From positions 40,116-104,115 of the forward strand of contig CAILVY010000238.1 of the NCBI GenBank assembly GCA_903837785.1: 64,000 bases of DNA. Direction: 5' to 3'. This document shows positions 59,031-64,000 of this stretch, piece by piece. A program made the position numbers and the translations under genes. The number at the start of each line of letters is the position of its first letter. Position 1 is the first letter of the stretch. The stretch is from Candidatus Hydrogenedentota bacterium. Lineage in GTDB: Bacteria; Hydrogenedentota; Hydrogenedentia; Hydrogenedentales; CAILVY01. The notes beneath the pieces are model-generated. The model searched no databases, was not told the DNA's origin, and saw only the letters and a program-made list of their open reading frames with translations.

Positions 59031-60461
59031 ATGATGCTTTCAGTGCTGGGCGAGAACGAAGTTTGGCGGCTGCACGAGGCGTCGCTTATGATCCTGCGCG
59101 ACGTGGGCGTGCATCTCCCGCACGAGGATGCCCTGGCCTTGTTCGAGGATGCCGGCGCACGCGTGGATCACGCGCGGCAACACGTGTTCATTCCGGAAAC
59201 GCTCGTGACTTGGGCCCTGCAGGTCTGCGGCAAGCAATTCACGCTCTACGGCCGGGACCGGAGCAAGACCGCCGTGTTTGGCGCGGGACAACGCAACTAC
59301 AACTCGGTGGCGGGCGAGGCATTCTGGGTGGATGATCAGGCGAATCGGCGCTATGCCTCGCTGGAAGACGTCGCCACGGCCGCGCGTCTCGTGGATGCCC
59401 TGCCAAACATCAACATTGCGGGCGCCATGAGCGATCCGCACGAAATGCCGCCGGAATACCGCTGTGTCTTTGTGGCCGCGGAACTGCTGAAGAACACCAC
59501 AAAGCCGATCATGTTCTGGTTCCACGATCGCGCCTCGGCCAAATTCGTCCTGGAGCTGTTCGAGATCGTGGCGGGCAGCCGGGAGCAGGCGGCCGCCTTC
59601 CCCGTCGCCTATCCGTTCCTGGAGCCCATCAGCCCGCTCCGCTTTCCGCGCCACGGCGTGGACCTGCTCTTCGAGACGTGCAAGGTGCCGCTGCCCGTAC
59701 CGATCGGCCCGATGGCCCAAGTCGGTGCGACGGCCCCCGGCACCCTTGCGGGCACGCTCGCCCAGGAGAATGCGGAGATCCTGGCGGGCATCTGCCTCGT
59801 GCAGTTAATCCATGCCGGCACGCCGGTTTGCTACGGCGGCATCCCGCACGCCTTTGACATGCGCACTACCCAGATGATCTTCGCGGGGCCCGAACAGGCC
59901 CTGATGGCCGTGGCCATGACGCAGCTCGGCAAAACCTACGGACTGCCGGTTTACATCAACGTGGGGCTGACCGACAGCAAGGTGCCGGATGGACAAGCGG
60001 GCATCGAGGCGGGCATCACGCTCGCCATGGGGGCGATGGCGGGCGCGGACGTCTTCGGGCATCTCGGCATCTGCGGCATGGACCAGGGCAGTTCGCTCGC
60101 CATGCTCATGCTTCAGCATGAACTCATCGGCTATGTGGAGCGGCTCGCGCGCGGCATCGCCGTAAACGAGGATACCCTCGGACTGGACACCATCCGGGCG
60201 GTCGGGCCGGGCGGCAACTTCCTCGCGGAAACCCATACCGCCCTGCATTTCCGGAATGAACTCTGGTTCCCGGCGCTCCTCGACCGGCATTACTTCGAGA
60301 CCTGGGCCGAACTCGGCCGCCCGGACATCCTTCAGCGCGGCATCGCCGCCAAGAACGAGATCCTCGCCGCGCATCAGCCCGCCCCGCTGCCCGATGACGT
60401 GAACAAGGCCGTGGAACGTCTGCTGACGGATGCCAGGAAGCATCTGGGAAAGATTTCTTGA
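59031..60461 (+). CDS. MttB-superfamily methyltransferase (non-pyrrolysine trimethylamine/glycine-betaine methyltransferase homolog)
   Basis: The N-terminus (LSVLGENEVWRLHEASLMILRDVGV) and TIM-barrel core are typical of COG5598 proteins. I found no in-frame amber codon. Confidence 0.75.
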   Translation: MMLSVLGENEVWRLHEASLMILRDVGVHLPHEDALALFEDAGARVDHARQHVFIPETLVTWALQVCGKQFTLYGRDRSKTAVFGAGQRNYNSVAGEAFWVDDQANRRYASLEDVATAARLVDALPNINIAGAMSDPHEMPPEYRCVFVAAELLKNTTKPIMFWFHDRASAKFVLELFEIVAGSREQAAAFPVAYPFLEPISPLRFPRHGVDLLFETCKVPLPVPIGPMAQVGATAPGTLAGTLAQENAEILAGICLVQLIHAGTPVCYGGIPHAFDMRTTQMIFAGPEQALMAVAMTQLGKTYGLPVYINVGLTDSKVPDGQAGIEAGITLAMGAMAGADVFGHLGICGMDQGSSLAMLMLQHELIGYVERLARGIAVNEDTLGLDTIRAVGPGGNFLAETHTALHFRNELWFPALLDRHYFETWAELGRPDILQRGIAAKNEILAAHQPAPLPDDVNKAVERLLTDARKHLGKIS

Positions 60462-60494
60462 ACGACGTGCTCCCCGCACCCCTTTCAAGGCATG

Positions 60495-61838
60495 CTAGAT
60501 GAATTCCGGAAGCAACGCCTTCTGCAATTCCAGCATCTCGTCAATGCACTCGATGGCGCGCCGGTACGAGTTGCAGGTGGGGTCGAGCAGGAAGGCTTGA
60601 ATGAGTTTCTCCTTGGACCGCTCGGCGAAGGCTTCCACGAGCAACTGATGGATGCTGCCCTGGAGCCTTAGCATGGCGGCGATCGCTTCCGGCAACGCCG
60701 GCATGGCCACCGCGTGGAGACCGGCCGCATCCGCCACCGCGGGGACTTCCACAACCATCTCGGCGGGGAGATTCGGGATCGCGCCGCGATTGGGCACGTT
60801 TACGGCTTCGAGTTCGCGCCGCACCCCGCAGGCGATGCCTTCCATGATGGGCACGGCCAGTTCGCCCGAAGGCGTCAGGGGGGCGTCCTCGAAACGGGCG
60901 GGTGCGGGCGGCGGCTTCCGCCAGGGCCGCGTGGTCTGGTTCCCGGAAAGTGAATACACGAATTCCGGAATGTCCAGCGTCTCCCAGGGATGTCCGTCCG
61001 CGGGATCGTAGAAATACTGGGTCTGCCCGCAATAGAACTCGTCGGCCCAGCGGAGATACTCGCCGTAGTGGTTTGGCGCGGGCGAGGGCCAGAGGCCGAA
61101 GCGCCGGAACAGGACCCGCGCCAAGGCGTATTCGTGCCACTCGTACATCCAGTCGCCCTGTTTCTCGAGCTCGCGCAACCGCGGATAGAGGTCCTCGCCG
61201 CTTTGCCGGTCGCGGACGTGCGTGAACCAGGTGAAGTGGTTGATGCCGCAGGCCGCCGCATCCAGTTCCCCGGCCGGCTTGCCGAGCAGCGCCGAAAGCT
61301 GATGCAACCCCATGAACACGCCATGGCACAGCCCGGCATTCCGGATCGAGGTCAGGCGCGACACGGCCTCGCACAGCTTGTGCTCGGGATTCGTGAAGTT
61401 GAGCATGTGGGCATCGGGACACAGCCGTTCCATGCTCCGCGCGATGTGCAGCATCGGCGTCATGTTGCGCAGCGCATGGAAGAGCCCGCCGGGCCCGCCG
61501 TTCTCGCCGAAGACCTGCTGAAACCCGTGCTTGCGCGGCACGTGGTAGTCCTGGGTCCAGTAGAGAAAGCGGTCGACCTCGATGGCGGTCACGACAAACT
61601 GCGCGCCCCGAAGCGCGGCCTCGAGGTCGGTCGTCGCACTGATTGCCGCTTTCCGCTTCAGGAGCTCCGCCGTCTTCCCGGCGTACGCCGTGATCTCGGG
61701 CAGGTGTTCCTCCATCGTATCCATCAGCACAAGTTCGACGCCGGCATCCGCCAGCGGCTCGCTCAACAGGACGTCTCGCACCGAACTGGGGCCGAAGGAC
61801 CGGCTGCCCGCACCCGCCAGGACGATCTTGATGCTCAT
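60495..61838 (-). CDS. Glycoside hydrolase family 4 (NAD+/Mn2+-dependent glycosidase)
   Basis: The N-terminal Rossmann motif is MSIKIVLAGAGSRSF. The GH4 GLCHG Cys motif (IRNAGLCHGVFMG) is present. AAGGAG lies upstream of the ATG at 61838. Confidence 0.8.
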   Translation of the reverse strand: MSIKIVLAGAGSRSFGPSSVRDVLLSEPLADAGVELVLMDTMEEHLPEITAYAGKTAELLKRKAAISATTDLEAALRGAQFVVTAIEVDRFLYWTQDYHVPRKHGFQQVFGENGGPGGLFHALRNMTPMLHIARSMERLCPDAHMLNFTNPEHKLCEAVSRLTSIRNAGLCHGVFMGLHQLSALLGKPAGELDAAACGINHFTWFTHVRDRQSGEDLYPRLRELEKQGDWMYEWHEYALARVLFRRFGLWPSPAPNHYGEYLRWADEFYCGQTQYFYDPADGHPWETLDIPEFVYSLSGNQTTRPWRKPPPAPARFEDAPLTPSGELAVPIMEGIACGVRRELEAVNVPNRGAIPNLPAEMVVEVPAVADAAGLHAVAMPALPEAIAAMLRLQGSIHQLLVEAFAERSKEKLIQAFLLDPTCNSYRRAIECIDEMLELQKALLPEFI

Positions 61839-62014
61839 TGCGCTCGCTCCTTGATTCGTGAAGGGCGCCATTGTGCCATTCCGGATGGCGCGGGCGCATC
61901 CCTTTATTCGGCGGTGGGCCAGCTTTGACAGGCCCCCCCGCGTGTGCTAGAGTATGGGCGCTTCTAACGAGAGCTATGGGCCAGGTTCCCAAACCACAGG
62001 AGGGAGACGCGAAA

Positions 62015-62338
62015 ATGGCTGATGTAGCGGGATTCTTCAATGCGGTCACCGAGAAGGTGGACAAGAGCAAGATTGGCGGAATGACTGCCGTGTATCAGTT
62101 CGAGATCACCGGAGACGGCGGCGGCGACTGGAACGTCAGTATTGCGGGCGGCGACGTGGCCGTGGCGCAGGGCAAGGCCGAAAAGCCGAGCATCACGCTG
62201 ACGATGGACGCGAACAATTTCATGGACCTGATCGCGGGCAAGTTGAACGGCCAGACGGCCTTCTTGACCGGCAAACTGAAGATCAAGGGCGACATGACCC
62301 TGGCCATGAAGCTCCAGAGCGTTTTCGCGCTGGGTTGA
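62015..62338 (+). CDS. SCP2 sterol-carrier-like domain protein
   Basis: The 107-aa protein ...FEITGDGGGDWNVSIAGGDVAV...AFLTGKLKIKGDMTLAMKLQ has the SCP2 signature. AGGAGGGAG is 8 nt upstream. Confidence 0.75.
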   Translation: MADVAGFFNAVTEKVDKSKIGGMTAVYQFEITGDGGGDWNVSIAGGDVAVAQGKAEKPSITLTMDANNFMDLIAGKLNGQTAFLTGKLKIKGDMTLAMKLQSVFALG

Positions 62339-62394
62339 TCGTGAACCCCGGGAGGGACGTCTGGGGAGGCGTCCCTCCGTTTTCATTTCCGGGC

Positions 62395-63189
62395 ATGCGC
62401 TCGCTGGCCCGGATGCTACTGCCGCTCTTGGGTGTCGTGTTGTGGGGATGCAGCGGCGGTCCGGGCCGGGTCGAGTCCGTCCGCTCACTGGACCTTCATG
62501 CGCGCGATGGGGTGAAGCTTGCCGCGACCCTGTATCTCCCGGATAAGCCCCATCCGCCCGGCGTGATTCTCGTTCACCGCGAAGGGCTCAATCGCCATTC
62601 CTGGGATGGGTTGGCCGAGCGTTTGCGCTCCGCGGGGTATCTGGCGTTGAGCTTCGACCTGCGCGGCCACGGCAACAGCCGGGGACAAGCGGAACAGCGC
62701 CTGGATTACCGGCGCTTCTCGGCCGAGGATTGGGACCGGGTGCTGTCGGACCTCGACGTGCTTCGGGAAACCCTGATTAAGGAAGGGGCCAGTCCGGAGA
62801 ATCTGGCAATCGTGGGGGAGGGCCGAGGCGCGGAATGGGCGGCGCGCTACGCGGCGCGCGACCTGTCGATGCAAGCCGTGGCGCTGATTTCCCCCGACCC
62901 CGGCGAATCCCTGCGCCAAGCCGCCCGGCAACTCCGCGGCAGGCCCCTGCTGCTCCTGGCGGCCGAAGGGGATACGGCCTCCGCCACGGCGGTCTCCGCC
63001 CTGAAAGCGGAATCGCAGAGCTTCTGCGAATTGCACATGTATCCGGGCGCCGCGCATGGCACAGATCTCTTTGCCGCATCACAGAATGCGTTGAATCAGG
63101 TGGTCGTGTGGCTCGACCCGATTATTGGCCCGCGGGCCTCAGAACAGGCTCATGGCCGCGATGGCGAGCATCGCCAGCCCGCACAGTAA
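62395..63189 (+). CDS. Alpha/beta-hydrolase-fold lipoprotein (dienelactone hydrolase/peptidase S9-like)
   Basis: The signal peptide has an LWGC lipobox. HGNS and GEGRGAEWA are nucleophile-elbow-like segments. The start is uncertain (62335 versus 62395). Confidence 0.6.
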   Translation: MRSLARMLLPLLGVVLWGCSGGPGRVESVRSLDLHARDGVKLAATLYLPDKPHPPGVILVHREGLNRHSWDGLAERLRSAGYLALSFDLRGHGNSRGQAEQRLDYRRFSAEDWDRVLSDLDVLRETLIKEGASPENLAIVGEGRGAEWAARYAARDLSMQAVALISPDPGESLRQAARQLRGRPLLLLAAEGDTASATAVSALKAESQSFCELHMYPGAAHGTDLFAASQNALNQVVVWLDPIIGPRASEQAHGRDGEHRQPAQ

Positions 63190-63654
63190 CTTCGCCAGCA
63201 GCCCCCCCACTTTCCCAATCGCCGCCCCCAGCCCCGTCCACAAGGCCGCGTGCAAGGCCTTGTCCTGTTGGAGGTACTCGTAGAGCGTGGCGGCGGCAAA
63301 GGCCCCCACACACGCCCCGATCAGCGTGCCGACAATCGGGAACCACGGCGTCCCCACCACGGCCCCCACGAGGCAGCCAATCAATGCGGCAATCATGGAT
63401 CCCTTGCTCCCGCCGAATCGCCGCGCACCCACGCCCGCCACCACCACCTCGAGCACTTCCCCCAGCACCGCAAGCGCGGTCATGAAAACCAGGGTCCAGG
63501 GGCCGAAGTAGTCAAAACCCGAGGCCGCCCACACAATGGCCGTGGCCCCCAGGATGATCCAATTGCCGAAGAGCCCGACCACGTCGAGCAGGAGGCCGGC
63601 GACGATGGCCAGCCCGAACAGGGTCCAGCCCAGCGCTGCCAAGGCGCCGCTCAC
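63139..63654 (-). CDS. DUF456-like small integral membrane protein
   Basis: The 171-aa protein has four hydrophobic segments rich in Gly/Ala (GNWIILGATAIVWAASGFDYFGPW...). Confidence 0.55.
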   Translation of the reverse strand: MSGALAALGWTLFGLAIVAGLLLDVVGLFGNWIILGATAIVWAASGFDYFGPWTLVFMTALAVLGEVLEVVVAGVGARRFGGSKGSMIAALIGCLVGAVVGTPWFPIVGTLIGACVGAFAAATLYEYLQQDKALHAALWTGLGAAIGKVGGLLAKLLCGLAMLAIAAMSLF

Positions 63655-64000
63655 GGCGAACGCTCCCCGGCGGCGGGCGCCCCGGGATGTTTGATGTCAA
63701 CGATGCGGCCTTTGAACGCGTCGATCACCTTCGCCACGAGCGGGTCCTGCATCGCTTCCCGGGCGTCCTCCTGACTAACCGTCGTCATGAAGGCCGGAAT
63801 GCCCTGCGGGGTATTCGCGGCGGCAGGCGCGGTTTCCGGAATCAATTCGGTGCGGAAGCGGCGCACGTTCGCGGTGATTTGCGCGAGTGCCTCTTCGAGC
63901 GTGCCGCGGTTCTCCGGCTTCTCGACGATGTTCCGGGCCTGGGCGGCGCCGGACGGAAAGCGCAGTACGAGGGCATCGCCCTCGATGGCGGCGGGTTCCG
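63651..64000 (-). CDS. Partial CDS (5' end beyond window), hypothetical; the C-terminal motif PLVAKVIDAFKGRIVDI is reminiscent of DnaX tau/gamma C-termini (very tentative)
   Basis: Translating the minus strand shows an open frame from the window edge through the listed 71-aa ORF, with no in-frame stop. The true start is therefore outside the window. Confidence 0.35.
   Translation of the reverse strand, partial: EPAAIEGDALVLRFPSGAAQARNIVEKPENRGTLEEALAQITANVRRFRTELIPETAPAAANTPQGIPAFMTTVSQEDAREAMQDPLVAKVIDAFKGRIVDIKHPGAPAAGERSP

Overview
This is a high-GC (about 63-65%) bacterial chromosomal window with dense coding on both strands. Three proteins (two full DUF1559-type, one with a similar N-terminus) carry the prepilin-like N-terminus ([24 protein letters not shown]) typical of Planctomycetota/Verrucomicrobiota (PVC-type) genomes, so the source is probably a glycan-degrading PVC-like organism. 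Everything below rests on reading the six-frame translations and the DNA by eye. No database search was run, so family names are motif-based assignments.

I found no rRNA, tRNA, CRISPR array, transposase or integrase.

Main content, in window order:
- A B12-binding radical SAM gene followed by a partial secreted-protein gene at the left edge.
- An MntA/HepT toxin-antitoxin pair with a frameshifted HepT.
- A plus-strand operon-like block: a large secreted glycoside-hydrolase-like protein with a triplicated beta-sandwich domain, a Na+/solute symporter, a DUF1559 pilin-like gene, and an alginate-lyase-superfamily gene.
- Several secreted or lipoprotein CAZyme-like genes (DUF4091-like, DUF4838-like, GH127 with a LamG domain, GH4, a GH29-like Tat substrate) and a tandem pair of discoidin-domain lectins.
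- A six-gene, translationally coupled type II secretion / type IV pilus-like operon (two tandem GspF paralogs, three pseudopilin-like genes, and a DUF1559 gene).
- A chemotaxis module (CheW plus two MCP paralogs).
- A surface-polysaccharide cluster (SAM methyltransferase, GHMP sugar kinase, GT4, Wzx, Wzz, and divergent WecB).
- A ClpA/B-like AAA+ protein with degenerate catalytic motifs, paired with a 1148-aa AsmA-like protein.
- A sigma-54-type amtB-glnK-glnA nitrogen operon.
- A non-pyrrolysine MttB-family methyltransferase, an SCP2 protein, an alpha/beta hydrolase and a DUF456 membrane protein.

Many long antisense ORFs in the six-frame track are GC-driven artefacts and were rejected.
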